Assembly: GCA_963756875.1 (NCBI GenBank)
Contig: CAVWPA010000003.1
Coordinates: 32,001-96,000 of the forward strand
Reading direction: 5' to 3'
DNA length: 64,000 nucleotides
DNA from: an uncultured Verrucomicrobiae bacterium
GTDB taxonomy: Bacteria > Verrucomicrobiota > Verrucomicrobiia > Chthoniobacterales > UBA10450
Position numbers and translations under genes: made by a program. The notes below the pieces were generated by a model, which did not search any database, had not been told where the DNA came from, and saw only the letters and a list, made by a program, of their open reading frames with translations. Every line of letters starts with the position of its first letter. Position 1 is the first letter of the stretch. This document shows positions 22,647-33,764 of the stretch, piece after piece.

Positions 22647-23780
22647 TCAAATTTCCAACTGCTTCGGAAACCGCGATAGAACCTTGCAACCGGTTTTTGT
22701 CACCACCACCACGTCCTCCAGACGCGCGCCGCCGAGGCCGGGATAATACAACCCCGGTTCGACCGTGATCACTTGCCGCTCCTTCAGCGTCACTTTTTGC
22801 AGACGGGGATATTCATGAATCTCCAGCCCCAGTCCATGGCCGGTTCCGTGAAAAAAGCCCACCTGTTTCCCGTTGCGCACTCCGGTCGGAAACCCCCGCT
22901 TTGTGAAAAACTCCTGAATTGCCTTGTGAATCGGCATCCCCTCCACGCCCGCTTTGATCCTCTTCAGCGCAAGCGCCTGGCCGGCTTTCACCGTTTCCCA
23001 GAGCTTTCGCTGTGTGTCGCTGGCGCGCCCGCGCACGACCGTCCGGGTCATGTCGCCGAAATACCCTGTCTTCGCGTCGCGCGGGAAAATGTCGAGTATG
23101 ATTAGTGAATCTGAATAAAGCGGCCCGAAGCCCCGCTCGTGCGGATCGCAGGCCTGATCTCCGCCGGCGACGATGGTTCCGGCAGTGACTCCACCCGCGC
23201 GCAAGATCGCGGTATCGATTTCCGCTCGCAAAACTTCCGACGTGAGCGGTTTGTTCGACCAGCGCAATTGTTTCCCTCCTCTTCCCTTGGAAGCCTTGAG
23301 GACCTCCATGGCGCGCCGGAGACCGACCTCGGTGATCCGCAACGCCCGGCCGATCATTTCGATTTCCGCGTTCGTTTTCGCTTCGCGTTCCGGCCAGAAT
23401 GATCCATTCGTAGCGCGAACGCGAATCCTGTTTGCCGTGAGCTCTTCCGCCAGACCAAGCGGGAAACTCGCGGGGACAACGGCGGATTTCACGCCGCGTT
23501 CGCGAAGAAAATAAGCGACAACCTTCTCATACGGCGGCGCTTTGGCCGCTTTTCCCTGAACTTCCTTCTCCAACTTGTTCAGAGAAACGAATTCGTCGGC
23601 GTCTGCCGTTTTACGACCACGACCGATTTCCAGGTTGCTTAACACCATCGTGCGCTTCCCGTTCTTCTGGAGGAAAATAAAAGGATCCGGCGCCCAGAAC
23701 TTTGTCGCATAGAGCATATCCGCATCCTGCTCGCTTGCCGAGACGATCAACCGTGTCGCTGCCTTAACTCTTCTACCCAT
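22647..23780 (-). CDS. M24 family Xaa-Pro aminopeptidase
   Basis: PHE, DIFP..GYFGDMTRT, HGTGHGLGLEIHE, TVEPGLY, GARLED. Confidence 0.92.
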   Translation of the reverse strand: MGRRVKAATRLIVSASEQDADMLYATKFWAPDPFIFLQKNGKRTMVLSNLEIGRGRKTADADEFVSLNKLEKEVQGKAAKAPPYEKVVAYFLRERGVKSAVVPASFPLGLAEELTANRIRVRATNGSFWPEREAKTNAEIEMIGRALRITEVGLRRAMEVLKASKGRGGKQLRWSNKPLTSEVLRAEIDTAILRAGGVTAGTIVAGGDQACDPHERGFGPLYSDSLIILDIFPRDAKTGYFGDMTRTVVRGRASDTQRKLWETVKAGQALALKRIKAGVEGMPIHKAIQEFFTKRGFPTGVRNGKQVGFFHGTGHGLGLEIHEYPRLQKVTLKERQVITVEPGLYYPGLGGARLEDVVVVTKTGCKVLSRFPKQLEI

Positions 23781-23800
23781 AACAATATTCTCCTCTGCCC

Positions 23801-26800
23801 TCAGTTTCGTCGTCTGCGCACTTCCAATTGCCGGCGCAAAATCCAGTGGAGAAGCGCAAGCAATCCAATCGACGACCCGATCAAAACAATGGTGTTGAAG
23901 ACGAAGACCCCAATCTTAATCCCCAGGTAACGCTTCTCCGCCCCAAAGAAAACATTGGGTCGATTGCCGCGGCGATAGTCGTTTTGCTCCATCTCTGCAT
24001 TGGAGATCAGGTCGGAAACCTTTTGGTTTGCGTACAGCTGCTCGGCAGTCACCGGACCATCCGCCCCTTTGAAAAGCGCGCGGTCAAAAGGCCGTTTACC
24101 GTCCAGCACCTGGTCGATCAGGCGGAGATAATGATCGATATCCCGTGCCGACTTCGCTTCCAACCCGGAAAGCATGGCCAATACTTCTTTCAAATCGTCC
24201 AGCCGCTTCGTTTCCGGGCCGTCCTCCTTGTAGTTGGCGACGAGACGATCGATCTCTTCCTGCGCCTGATCTTGTCGCTTGGTAAGCGGGTTGAGCTTGG
24301 CTTGGGCGACGATCATTTCCTCGTAAGACCAGCGCATCGCGATGAATTGGCAGACAAAGGGCACCTCCAGCTTGCTGTCCATCCTCTTGCCCCGATCTGC
24401 CGTGGGATGTTCGTGAAACCACCGGCTAAAGGAATAAACCAGCGCCAGATTACGGTTCATGTCCTCATATTTAATCAGCGCGCCACCCATGATGATCTGC
24501 GGAATAAGAACGAGCGGGACGATGTTGGCCGCGGTCTTGGGATCGGCCACCAGCGACGAAATGAGCAGGCCTAACGAAATGCCGCCCATTGCGGTCATGA
24601 GCATGATTCCAAGATCGATCCAGAACATGCCGCGGATTTGCAAAATATAGTTGCCGATCAGGACATACAGAAAGCATTGAACGAGCGCGAAGATGCCAAG
24701 AGTAAGCGTCTTCGAGACGATGTAATACGACAACCGGACATCCAGGTTGCGCTCGCGTTGCAGGACCACCCGGTCGCGAATGATATCGTCGGCGCTATTG
24801 GTGAGACCGAGAAACATCGCGACCACCAGACTGAGGAACAGATAAGTCGGGATGTGATACGCCGAGGCGAAATCGTAGTGGCCGCTGTCCGAGTAACGCA
24901 GAATCGTGGCGATCAGCAACGCCAGAACCGGCGACACTCCGAGCGTAATGATGACGTTTGCGCGATTGCGCAATTTACTGATGAACGCGCGCCGCAGGAG
25001 TGTCCGAAATTGCGTCCATTCGTCATGCCAGCGAATTGGGATCCGTTTCTTCTGCGTCAGCGCGAGTGGCAGTGCGGTCGCTGGCTCTCTGCGCAACGAA
25101 ACCTGCTTAACATCCTGAATCAGCCGGAAAGCCTCATACTTGTCTCGCCAGAACTCGGGCGAATAACGGCGGGCCGGCACCAGCTGGCTCCGCGAGTTCT
25201 CCTCGTAAATGATGTCCCCGCTTAAATCGCGGAGCGGCGTCTCCAGCACATCGAAAATGAACTCCGGCCGGGTGGTTCCACAGGATGGACATGCGCCCAA
25301 CTCGGCCCCGAATTGGTGCTGATGCTCCGCCTCGGCAAAATAGCGAAGCATGTCGGACGGCGTCCCGAAGAAGACCAGCCGCCCTCCCTTGTCGAGCAGG
25401 ATCGCCTTGTGAAACATCTGAAAAATCTTCGAGCTCGGCTGATGGATTGTGACGATGATGATCTTGTTGTGCGCCATGCTCCGAATAATCTCGATGACGT
25501 GCTCGGAGTCCTTCGAGGAGAGCCCGGAAGTCGGTTCATCGAAGAGGTAAACATCCGACATACCGATCATGTCGAGGCCGATGTTGAGCCGTTTGCGCTC
25601 GCCGCCGCTCAACGTTTTCTTCACCGCGCTTCCGACCACGGCGTCACGGCGTTCGCCTAATCCCAGCTCGACCAATTTCGCTTCCAGGCGGCGCATCCGA
25701 TCGCGGCGCGAAAGGTGAGGCGAGCGGATCGCAGCCGCGAATTGCAGGTTTTCACCAATGGTCAGGTGTTCGTCGAATGCGTCTTCCTGCGGAATGTAAC
25801 TGATGTATCGCTTCAGCGCGTCCAGGTTCCGATAGAGCGGCTGGCCGTTCAGTAAAACATTGCCGCCGGTCGGCTGAAGCTGGCCGGCCAGCACTTTCAG
25901 CAGCGTGCTTTTCCCTGAACCGCTCGCTCCCATCACGCAAACCAGCTCGCCGCGATTCACGGAAAACGAAATTCCATCCAATCCTGTCTCGCCGTTGCTG
26001 AAGAGATGCGTAATATCGGCCACGTCGAGCGAGCGAATAATGTTGCGCTCTTCCTCGATGATTCGCTCGGAAAAATTGCAGCGGAGAAATTGTCCGACAT
26101 CGATCCGGATGGTGTCGCAATCCTGGAGCGCCGCCGTGGTGCGCACGGTGGTATTCCCAACCGTAATCGGCCGGTCGGCCTCGATCACTTCGAGGCGCCC
26201 AACGCGTTTGTCGTAATCGCAAAAAATCTTGAGCAACACGTCGCCGCTCGTTCCCGGCGACAGAAGAATGTCGTCCGCTTCCAGCAGGCTCGGATTGTTC
26301 GAGACGAGATATTCCGACTTTGAAGCCTTGAGTTGAAAACGGCCGCCGAGCGCGCGGGCCCGGCGCCGCAGGTCCATAAAATCCAACTCGCTGTCGTTAT
26401 GGAAAACAATCCTGTCCTCGAGTGCGGCTTCCACTTGCGCGCCGGACTTGAGTTTCACTCCATTGAGCACCGCATCGACGTCGCGCAAGGCTTTTACGCG
26501 CACCTTCAACCCGAATGTGATTTCCAGCGCGCTCTCGCGCGTCCGCGCGCGCTCGAACGAGACTTCGTCCGAATCTTTGTTCACGCGAACGAAGATCTGT
26601 GGAAGCGAGACGTTCTTCTTCGCGTTGAAATATTGCGCTAATTCCTGATACGAGAGCACCTGGTCGCCGACCAAAATGCGCTGCCCGGGATAAATTCGGC
26701 AGAAACCGCCGCGCACCAGCGGTCGCCCGCGCACCGACACGTTTTGTCCGCTGTAATTCTTCAGCAGAATGAGATCGTGGTAACGGAACGCCAGAAGCCG

Positions 26801-27418
26801 GTCGTTTTCTGTGAGCGTCTTTAGCGTAACATCCGCCTTGCCGTTTGCGCCAAATGAGAGCGACTCCAGTGGGGATGCGCCGCGCTGATAAATTGAAGGA
26901 TCGGAATCCTCGGAGGCATTGAGTTGATAAACGATGTCGATCGCCTGCGCAGCCATCCCGAGCTGCGACATGAAGGAATAAAAGGCCACCACCTGCTCCT
27001 GCTTGAGTCCCGCTTGCGAGATCAGATCGTAAAGCTGCACCCCAAGCATGATTTTTCGCTCCGTACTCAACTGCGCGCCGAGCTTTTGCGCCATGGCCGA
27101 GAGATCCTGTTGCTCGTAAAGGGCCTGGCGAAAAAGCTGACGCAGTTCGGAGTAAACCGCTTCCGGGTAGTCGTAACGCAAAAATCCGAGGCTGGAGTCG
27201 ATCTCCTCTTCCAGCAAAACGCCGTCGGCCTTCGAAAAACTCGCCAGCACTTGAATGAGCAATGGCAAAAGATTCGGTCCTTCCGAAACGCTGCGCGGTT
27301 TACGAAGAGCTCGCCGCATCCAGCGCCGTCCTCTTCGCTGAATGCGATAGGCGAACGGGGTGACTTTTTGCACCGCCCGATCAATCTTGTCGGCAAACGT
27401 GTTGACCAACTGCGTCAT
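23801..27418 (-). CDS. large ABCG-type transporter: N-terminal TerB-like domain, soluble beta-rich region, ATPase, ABC-2 membrane domain
   Basis: ASFSKADGVLLEEEI (TerB-like); GASGSGKST, LSGGE, FDEPTSGL, TIHQP; C-terminal TM helices. Confidence 0.88.
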   Translation of the reverse strand: MTQLVNTFADKIDRAVQKVTPFAYRIQRRGRRWMRRALRKPRSVSEGPNLLPLLIQVLASFSKADGVLLEEEIDSSLGFLRYDYPEAVYSELRQLFRQALYEQQDLSAMAQKLGAQLSTERKIMLGVQLYDLISQAGLKQEQVVAFYSFMSQLGMAAQAIDIVYQLNASEDSDPSIYQRGASPLESLSFGANGKADVTLKTLTENDRLLAFRYHDLILLKNYSGQNVSVRGRPLVRGGFCRIYPGQRILVGDQVLSYQELAQYFNAKKNVSLPQIFVRVNKDSDEVSFERARTRESALEITFGLKVRVKALRDVDAVLNGVKLKSGAQVEAALEDRIVFHNDSELDFMDLRRRARALGGRFQLKASKSEYLVSNNPSLLEADDILLSPGTSGDVLLKIFCDYDKRVGRLEVIEADRPITVGNTTVRTTAALQDCDTIRIDVGQFLRCNFSERIIEEERNIIRSLDVADITHLFSNGETGLDGISFSVNRGELVCVMGASGSGKSTLLKVLAGQLQPTGGNVLLNGQPLYRNLDALKRYISYIPQEDAFDEHLTIGENLQFAAAIRSPHLSRRDRMRRLEAKLVELGLGERRDAVVGSAVKKTLSGGERKRLNIGLDMIGMSDVYLFDEPTSGLSSKDSEHVIEIIRSMAHNKIIIVTIHQPSSKIFQMFHKAILLDKGGRLVFFGTPSDMLRYFAEAEHQHQFGAELGACPSCGTTRPEFIFDVLETPLRDLSGDIIYEENSRSQLVPARRYSPEFWRDKYEAFRLIQDVKQVSLRREPATALPLALTQKKRIPIRWHDEWTQFRTLLRRAFISKLRNRANVIITLGVSPVLALLIATILRYSDSGHYDFASAYHIPTYLFLSLVVAMFLGLTNSADDIIRDRVVLQRERNLDVRLSYYIVSKTLTLGIFALVQCFLYVLIGNYILQIRGMFWIDLGIMLMTAMGGISLGLLISSLVADPKTAANIVPLVLIPQIIMGGALIKYEDMNRNLALVYSFSRWFHEHPTADRGKRMDSKLEVPFVCQFIAMRWSYEEMIVAQAKLNPLTKRQDQAQEEIDRLVANYKEDGPETKRLDDLKEVLAMLSGLEAKSARDIDHYLRLIDQVLDGKRPFDRALFKGADGPVTAEQLYANQKVSDLISNAEMEQNDYRRGNRPNVFFGAEKRYLGIKIGVFVFNTIVLIGSSIGLLALLHWILRRQLEVRRRRN

Positions 27419-27492
27419 GATGATATTTGGGCCGAAAATTTACCGAGAACCGACGGAGAAGCAATGCGCGGACGCACATCGCACGGAGGGCT

Positions 27493-27573
27493 GGAGTATT
27501 GGAGCGGTGGAGTATTGGGAGCGGACGCGGTAGACGTTGAAGGTAATCATTCCTCCATCACTCCAAAACTCCA
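27493..27573. repeat. inverted array of degenerate 8-mers (GGAGTATT / ACTCCA)
   Basis: ggagtattggagcggtggagtattgg ... cattcctccatcactccaaaactcca. Confidence 0.65.
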
Positions 27574-27672
27574 GCCCTCCCGTCCGCGCCCGCGGCTCGG
27601 CGTGCCACCTGCTCTTTGCATTGGAAAAACGTTCATGATAACTTCCTAGTTTGCGAGTGAATCGCACAGTTT

Positions 27673-29706
27673 ATGCCACAGCCCGATCGTAAACCCCAAC
27701 GAGATAACAAGCGCGGAAACGAGCCCAGTTTTAACTGGCGCGGCGTAATCCTGGTCGCTATCGCTTTCGCTTTTTTCGGGCTTGCCCTGCTTTTCTATCG
27801 CGGTGGCTATCAAACCTACGAAGAAGTCCCTTACAATCGCTTCATCGAGCTGCTCGATAACAAGCAGATCGTGAACGACAAGAATTCGCCGCTGGTGCTG
27901 GCAGTCGAGGAAGGCCAGCCCACTCAAACGTTGCGCGGCAATTACCTAAAACAGGGCGCCGGCGGCGCGCCGCCTCAGCAAGTGCCGTTTCGCACCGCTG
28001 TTTTTCTGAATTTCGAGAAGAACCTCCAGGAGAAGCTGAACGCAGCCGGCATTGAGCCCGCCGTCATGACCGATTCGCACCTCTTTGGACAAACCATCCT
28101 CAGCTTCGGGCCGATCGCGCTCTTTTTGCTTCTTCTGTACTTCCTCTTCCGTCAACAGATCCGCATGGCCGGCAAAGGAGCGCTCAATTTCGGCAAATCC
28201 AAGGCGCGCATGCTGGCGCGGGACAAGAACAAGATCACGTTTCGCGACGTAGCCGGCGTCGAAGAAGCCAAGGATGAAGTGCAGGAGTTGGTCGAATTTT
28301 TGCGCGATCCGAAAAAATTCCAGAAACTCGGGGGACGCATTCCAAAAGGCGTATTGCTGGTCGGGCCTCCTGGCACCGGAAAGACCCTGCTCGCCCGGGC
28401 CATCGCCGGTGAAGCGGATGTGCCGTTCTTCTCGATCAGCGGTTCGGATTTCGTAGAAATGTTCGTGGGCGTTGGTGCGTCCCGGGTTCGCGACATGTTC
28501 GAGCAAGGGAAGAAATCGGCGCCCTGCATCATTTTTATCGACGAAATCGACGCGGTCGGCCGGCACCGCGGCCATGGCGTCGGCGGCGGCCACGACGAGC
28601 GCGAGCAAACTTTAAATGCGTTGCTGGTCGAAATGGATGGATTCGACACGCAGGAAGGCGTGATCATCATCGCCGCGACAAATCGTCCGGATGTTCTCGA
28701 TCCCGCATTGCTGCGCCCGGGACGCTTCGACCGGCAGATCACGGTAAATCTGCCGGACGTAAAAGGACGCGAAGAAATTTTGCGTGTGCACTCCAAAAAA
28801 GTGAAACTGGCCGAGGGGGTCGATCTGGCAGTGGTCGCGCGCGGCACGCCGGGCTACTCCGGAGCGGAGCTTGCCAATGTCATCAATGAAGCGGCGTTAC
28901 TGGCCGCCCGTCGCGGTTTAAAGGGAATCACGCTTGCCGAACTCGAAGAAGCGCGCGACAAAGTCCGCTGGGGCAAGGAACGCCGCAGTCTCGCGCTCAG
29001 CGAAAAGGAAAAGCAGAACACTGCGTACCACGAAGCCGGCCACGCGCTCCTGCTCGAGCTGCTACCGCACACGGAGCCGTTGCACAAGGTTACGATCATT
29101 CCGCGCGGTCCGTCGTTGGGATCGACCATGTGGCTGCCGGAGGAAGACAAATACACGAATCGGAAAAACGAATTGCTCGCAGGCCTTGCCGTGAGCATGG
29201 GCGGCCGCGTGGCCGAGGAAATTGTTTTTGGCGACATCACAAACGGGGCGCGCGGTGATATCAAATCGGCCACTGCGATCGCGCGCCGGATGGTTTGCGA
29301 ATGGGGAATGAGCGAGAAGATGGGCATGGTCGAATATGGCGAGCACGAGGATTATGTTTTCCTTGGTCGCGACATCTCTCGCGCGCGCGATTACAGCGAA
29401 GCGACCGCGGAACAGATCGACCAGGAAGTGCGCAAGCTGCTCGATGACGCCTATCAAACGGCCAAGCACACTCTCATTGCCCATCGCAACACGCTCGAGG
29501 TCATTGCCAAAGCGCTGCTCGAATTCGAAACGCTCGACGGTTTGCAGATCAAGGAGATCCTCGAACATGGACGCCTGATCAATCCGCCGGCGGCTCCCGC
29601 ACCGCCAAGCGGTCCCAAAATGCCGCCCGAGAAACCGCCCAAACAAGTCATCGCACCGGATGTCGCACCGCCGCTCCCGGGCGCCCTGGGCGGCGCACCC
29701 GCATAG
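27673..29706 (+). CDS. ftsH: ATP-dependent zinc metalloprotease FtsH
   Basis: [51 protein letters not shown]. Confidence 0.98.
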   Translation: MPQPDRKPQRDNKRGNEPSFNWRGVILVAIAFAFFGLALLFYRGGYQTYEEVPYNRFIELLDNKQIVNDKNSPLVLAVEEGQPTQTLRGNYLKQGAGGAPPQQVPFRTAVFLNFEKNLQEKLNAAGIEPAVMTDSHLFGQTILSFGPIALFLLLLYFLFRQQIRMAGKGALNFGKSKARMLARDKNKITFRDVAGVEEAKDEVQELVEFLRDPKKFQKLGGRIPKGVLLVGPPGTGKTLLARAIAGEADVPFFSISGSDFVEMFVGVGASRVRDMFEQGKKSAPCIIFIDEIDAVGRHRGHGVGGGHDEREQTLNALLVEMDGFDTQEGVIIIAATNRPDVLDPALLRPGRFDRQITVNLPDVKGREEILRVHSKKVKLAEGVDLAVVARGTPGYSGAELANVINEAALLAARRGLKGITLAELEEARDKVRWGKERRSLALSEKEKQNTAYHEAGHALLLELLPHTEPLHKVTIIPRGPSLGSTMWLPEEDKYTNRKNELLAGLAVSMGGRVAEEIVFGDITNGARGDIKSATAIARRMVCEWGMSEKMGMVEYGEHEDYVFLGRDISRARDYSEATAEQIDQEVRKLLDDAYQTAKHTLIAHRNTLEVIAKALLEFETLDGLQIKEILEHGRLINPPAAPAPPSGPKMPPEKPPKQVIAPDVAPPLPGALGGAPA

Positions 29707-29896
29707 CTGACGGACGGGTTCTTCTGGCGAACAAACAGGATCGAACACCCCTGGAGCCGGGTCGGGCGGTTTGGAGAATCCCAGGGCATCAAGTCGCACC
29801 ACCCGGGCCGGTTGTTAGACAGATCGGAAAGAGTGAACGATCCGACGCCTTCGGTCGTCTGATGTTGACCGTATTACCAGCGGGATTCTGCAAAAA

Positions 29897-30358
29897 ATGT
29901 CCGAACGCGATTTTGAGAACGATTTGGAAGCGGATATTTGCGTCCATCTTTTCACTGTATCGTCGGCGATGGTCGGTGTTTGCCTGACGGTGATCGGCCT
30001 TATTCGCGTGGTTATCACCCTGGGAAGAATCGACACCCTCGCGGACGATCTCCTCTCGTTAGATGCTTTGTTTTTTCTCGTTGCCTGCCTTCTGTCCTAC
30101 TCGGCGCTACGAACACGAAGCGCCCGGCGCATGCACCGGGTGGAAAGAATCGCCGACGTCACGTTCATCGCGGGGATGCTCCTGATGACCGCGATTTGCT
30201 GCATCATCACCTACCGGATTGCGATGCCTGCAAAAAAAGTCAGCTTTGTTGCGCAGACTACAAGTGTTGCGAAGGCTGATGACGGCCTGCATCCCCGCAG
30301 TGTCCCGCACGCGCTGTGGCTGAACGAATTGAGCGGTCAAAGGCCGCCGCTACGCTGA
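29897..30358 (+). CDS. hypothetical three-TM membrane protein
   Basis: HLFTVSSAMVGVCLTVIGLI, DTLADDLL; hydrophobic helices. Confidence 0.65.
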   Translation: MSERDFENDLEADICVHLFTVSSAMVGVCLTVIGLIRVVITLGRIDTLADDLLSLDALFFLVACLLSYSALRTRSARRMHRVERIADVTFIAGMLLMTAICCIITYRIAMPAKKVSFVAQTTSVAKADDGLHPRSVPHALWLNELSGQRPPLR

Positions 30359-30364
30359 CAACAA

Positions 30365-30730
30365 TTATTTCGGCGAACGCGAGTTGACGTGTGTTTTCAC
30401 TTCGCGGCGCTGGATGTCCACCAGGTGCCGCAACTGTCGCTCCATGGTTCTGAAAGCGTCATGGATCACTTTCGTAAGCGGCTCGTGCGAGGCAGTGTCC
30501 ATTTGCCTTTCGTCGGCGACCAGCTCGTGGCCCCGCGACACGGTCACATCAATGCGGACGCGAAATTGGTTTCCCTTGTGATGCGTGTGATTTGGCTGCT
30601 CGATCGCGACGTCGCACCGGTTGATATGGTCGCAAAATTTCTCCAGTCGCGTCGCATAATCCAAAATGAGATCTTCGATTTTGTCCGATTTTTCCAGGCC
30701 GCGGTAGGTGATCTTAATTGGTAGCTGCAT
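30365..30730 (-). CDS. HPF/RaiA family ribosome-associated protein
   Basis: MQLPIKITYRGLEKSD, LEKFCDHINRCDVAIE, FRVRIDVTV, IHDAFRTMERQL. Confidence 0.85.
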   Translation of the reverse strand: MQLPIKITYRGLEKSDKIEDLILDYATRLEKFCDHINRCDVAIEQPNHTHHKGNQFRVRIDVTVSRGHELVADERQMDTASHEPLTKVIHDAFRTMERQLRHLVDIQRREVKTHVNSRSPK

Positions 30731-30832
30731 ATTTATTGGACATTAATGCGCTGTTTGCCGTTGAGCGAAGCAAAAATCCATCTGCGATATGATACTCGAG
30801 GCCGGGTCAGGAACGAGCATTCAGGATCTTTT

Positions 30833-31297
30833 TTAAATGGGCCGAAGCGACCGGACATGGGACGGCAGTTTGGACGGCTCCACTTTCACCAGATCGGATT
30901 TCACATGCTCTACAATTCGATTGCGCGCAGCAGGCGGCAAAAGATCTACAATGGCGGAGTAAATTTCCGCCGGCGCGGCGAACGACCAGCCCTCTTTGCC
31001 GCTTTTGTCTGTGATCTTGGCGATTTGATCAGCCAGTTGTCTGCAAATGCGGCGATCGGTTTCGGTTTCAAGCTGCGTCCGCTCGGCAATGGAATTTGCA
31101 TGACGTGCGCTGATGCCGTCGCTTACTGGAAATCTCCCGGCCAAATCGGTCACCTTGTCGATCAATTTTCCATGCGCATCCGTGACGTTAAACGCCTGGA
31201 CCAGCTGCAGGCTGGGGCCGCGCGTCGGCGTTTCACTCACCCGATAGGCCTTTAAACTGCCGCGATCTGCAACAATAACCAGAGAGGTGGGTGTCAT
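30833..31297 (-). CDS. host attachment family protein (baeRF-like)
   Basis: LVIVADRG, VTDLAGRF, WSFAAP, KSDLVK pattern typical of Host_attach family. Confidence 0.7.
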   Translation of the reverse strand: MTPTSLVIVADRGSLKAYRVSETPTRGPSLQLVQAFNVTDAHGKLIDKVTDLAGRFPVSDGISARHANSIAERTQLETETDRRICRQLADQIAKITDKSGKEGWSFAAPAEIYSAIVDLLPPAARNRIVEHVKSDLVKVEPSKLPSHVRSLRPI

Positions 31298-31426
31298 AAG
31301 CGAAATGAGTCATGAGGAACCGGGCGCCGATCCATCGATCTATGACTTTCTATAATAAATTCGATTGTCGGGGCAACCCCGCGCTTTTCAGAATTCGATT
31401 CCAATCCATCTGACAATAGTCGCTTA

Positions 31427-33658
31427 TCATTCCTTTTGCCCGCGCTCTTCTTCCGCACTCACCGGCGGGGGAAGTTCGACATGGCGTTTTTTCCATGATT
31501 CACGTCGCGCCTGAGGCTGCAATCCTCCGGCAAGCTTAAACAGACATGCCGCGCGTTCGGCTGAATTGAAATCGTCGCCGGACGCGAATTTTTTCGTCGC
31601 TGCCAGGAATCCCTCTTCATCGACTGTATCGAGAATAAGCTCCCATTCGACATGTTCCTCGCCGGGCAAAACAAACGGGACCGGTTCATGGTGCGCATTG
31701 ATCAGAAGCAAAAAAGTTTCGTCGCGAACCGGTTCGCCTTGAAAATCTAAAATGTCGGGGGAGTCACCGCTCAGCAACACGCCGAGGCAACGGACAAAGG
31801 GCGAATTCCATTCCTCATCGCTCATCTCTTCGCCGCCGGGATTCAACCACATCACGTCCCGAATTTCAGATCCGGGAATTCTGTGCCCTTGAAAAAATTT
31901 CGGCCGCCGAAAAACCGGGTGTCCCTTGCGAAGCCCGATTAGTTTCTTCGTGAACTCGAGCAGCCGGCTTTGCTTTTCGTCGCGCTGCCAGCTCAACCAA
32001 CCCGTCTCGTTGTCCTGGCAATAGGCATTGTTATTTCCATTCTGCGTCCGCCCAAATTCATCGCCACCACAGAGCATCGGAACGCCCTGCGACAAAAAGA
32101 GTGTCGTGAGAAAGTTGCGGCGCTGCCGGCGGCGCAAAGCCTCGATCTTGGGATCGTCGGTGGGCCCTTCCGCACCGCAATTCCAGGAGTGGTTATCGTT
32201 GTCGCCGTCGCGATTCTCTTCGCCGTTGGCTTCGTTATGTTTCTCGTTATAGCTGACAAGATCGTTGAGCGTGAATCCATCATGTGCAGTGATGAAATTA
32301 ACGCTGGCGTACGGGCGGCGGCCGTTATGTTCGTAAAGCTCCGGACTGCCGGTTAATCGGTACGCGATCTCTCCAATGCGCCCTTCGTCGCCTCGCCAGT
32401 AGCTGCGCACCGCGTCCCGATACTTCCCATTCCACTCCGACCAGAGCACCGGGAAGTTTCCCACCTGATACCCGCCATCGCCGACGTCCCACGGCTCGGC
32501 GATTAGCTTCACCCGCGACACGACCGGGTCCTGATGAACCGCCTCGAAAAATGGATGCAATTTGTTGAAACCGCGCGAGTCGCGCGCGAGAGCCGAGGCA
32601 AGATCGAAACGAAAACCATCCACGTGCATCTCAAGCACCCAGTAGCGCAAACTGTCCATCACCAGTTGGAGCGTGCGCGGGTGGGAAACGTCAACCGTGT
32701 TGCCGGTGCCGGTATAATCGAGATAGAGCCGCGGGTTTTGCGGAGAGAGCCGGTAGTAGGCGCTGTTGTCGATACTGCGAAAACTGAGCGTCGGCCCGCG
32801 ACGGTTTCCTTCCGCGGTGTGATTGTAAACCACATCGAGAATCACTTCGATCCCGGCCCCGTGCAGATTACGCACCATCGACTTGAACTCGGTCACCTGG
32901 CCACCAAGCGAGCCGCTGCTGGAATACCCTGCGTGAGGCGCAAAGAAACCGAGTGTGTTGTATCCCCAGTAATTCGTCAGGCCGCGATCGATCAACGCCT
33001 TGTCGTGGATGTACGCGTGAACGGGCAAAAGCTCGATCGCGGTCACGCCGAGATTTTTTAAATAATCAATGGCCGCTGGACTACCAAGCCCGCCATACGT
33101 TCCGCGCAAGTTTTCCGGGACCTGCGGGCAAAGCTTTGTGAAACCTTTGACATGCATTTCATAGATGACCGAATCCGCCAACGGAATGGCCGGATGCCTG
33201 TCGCCACCCCAGTCAAAGGCCTGGTCGATCACGACCGATTTCGGCATTCCCCATGCGTCGTCACGAAAATCGCACGAAAGGTCCTCGCCGGGGTCGCCAA
33301 CAACATAGCCAAACATCTCGTCGCCCCAATTGACTTCGCCGGCGATCGCCTTTGCGTACGGATCGACCAGCAGTTTTGCACTGTTAAATCGCAGACCACG
33401 TTCCGGGTCGTACGGACCGGAAACACGGTAACCGTAAAGCTGACCGGGGCGCGCATCCGGCAGGAATACGTGCCACACCTGGTCGGTGCGTTCTGTCATC
33501 GGAACACGGATATTTTCCTGGCGCGCCTCGACGTGATCGAACAGGCAAAGATCGACACTGGTGGCCGATTTCGAGAAAAGCGCGAAATTCACGCCGTTTC
33601 CCATCCATGTGGCGCCGAGCGGATAGGGGTACCCGATCCAAGTCTTTACCGGAGTCAT
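31427..33658 (-). CDS. glgX: glycogen debranching enzyme / isoamylase (GH13)
   Basis: GVNFALFS, NYWGY, DVVYNHTAEG, DGFRFDLA, IAEPWD, HDGFTL. Confidence 0.96.
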   Translation of the reverse strand: MTPVKTWIGYPYPLGATWMGNGVNFALFSKSATSVDLCLFDHVEARQENIRVPMTERTDQVWHVFLPDARPGQLYGYRVSGPYDPERGLRFNSAKLLVDPYAKAIAGEVNWGDEMFGYVVGDPGEDLSCDFRDDAWGMPKSVVIDQAFDWGGDRHPAIPLADSVIYEMHVKGFTKLCPQVPENLRGTYGGLGSPAAIDYLKNLGVTAIELLPVHAYIHDKALIDRGLTNYWGYNTLGFFAPHAGYSSSGSLGGQVTEFKSMVRNLHGAGIEVILDVVYNHTAEGNRRGPTLSFRSIDNSAYYRLSPQNPRLYLDYTGTGNTVDVSHPRTLQLVMDSLRYWVLEMHVDGFRFDLASALARDSRGFNKLHPFFEAVHQDPVVSRVKLIAEPWDVGDGGYQVGNFPVLWSEWNGKYRDAVRSYWRGDEGRIGEIAYRLTGSPELYEHNGRRPYASVNFITAHDGFTLNDLVSYNEKHNEANGEENRDGDNDNHSWNCGAEGPTDDPKIEALRRRQRRNFLTTLFLSQGVPMLCGGDEFGRTQNGNNNAYCQDNETGWLSWQRDEKQSRLLEFTKKLIGLRKGHPVFRRPKFFQGHRIPGSEIRDVMWLNPGGEEMSDEEWNSPFVRCLGVLLSGDSPDILDFQGEPVRDETFLLLINAHHEPVPFVLPGEEHVEWELILDTVDEEGFLAATKKFASGDDFNSAERAACLFKLAGGLQPQARRESWKKRHVELPPPVSAEEERGQKE

Positions 33659-33764
33659 AAGTTAAGGCGGAGCGGTTCGGGGGACCGTCTCAGGCTGCGG
33701 GGAAACCATCAACGCCGAGCCTCGCGACGTCAATCATCTCCGCCGTGTTTGGAGTCCCGATTTG

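Noticed and set aside
27598..27613. Sigma54-like GG-N10-GC sites upstream of ftsH and at 57027-57042
   Set aside because: Only partial matches to TGGCAC-N5-TTGC; expected by chance in GC-rich DNA
27946..29802. Long antisense ORFs opposite ftsH (similar ones opposite kamA, rpoN, argH, ggt)
   Set aside because: Typical shadow ORFs of GC-rich coding sequence with no motifs
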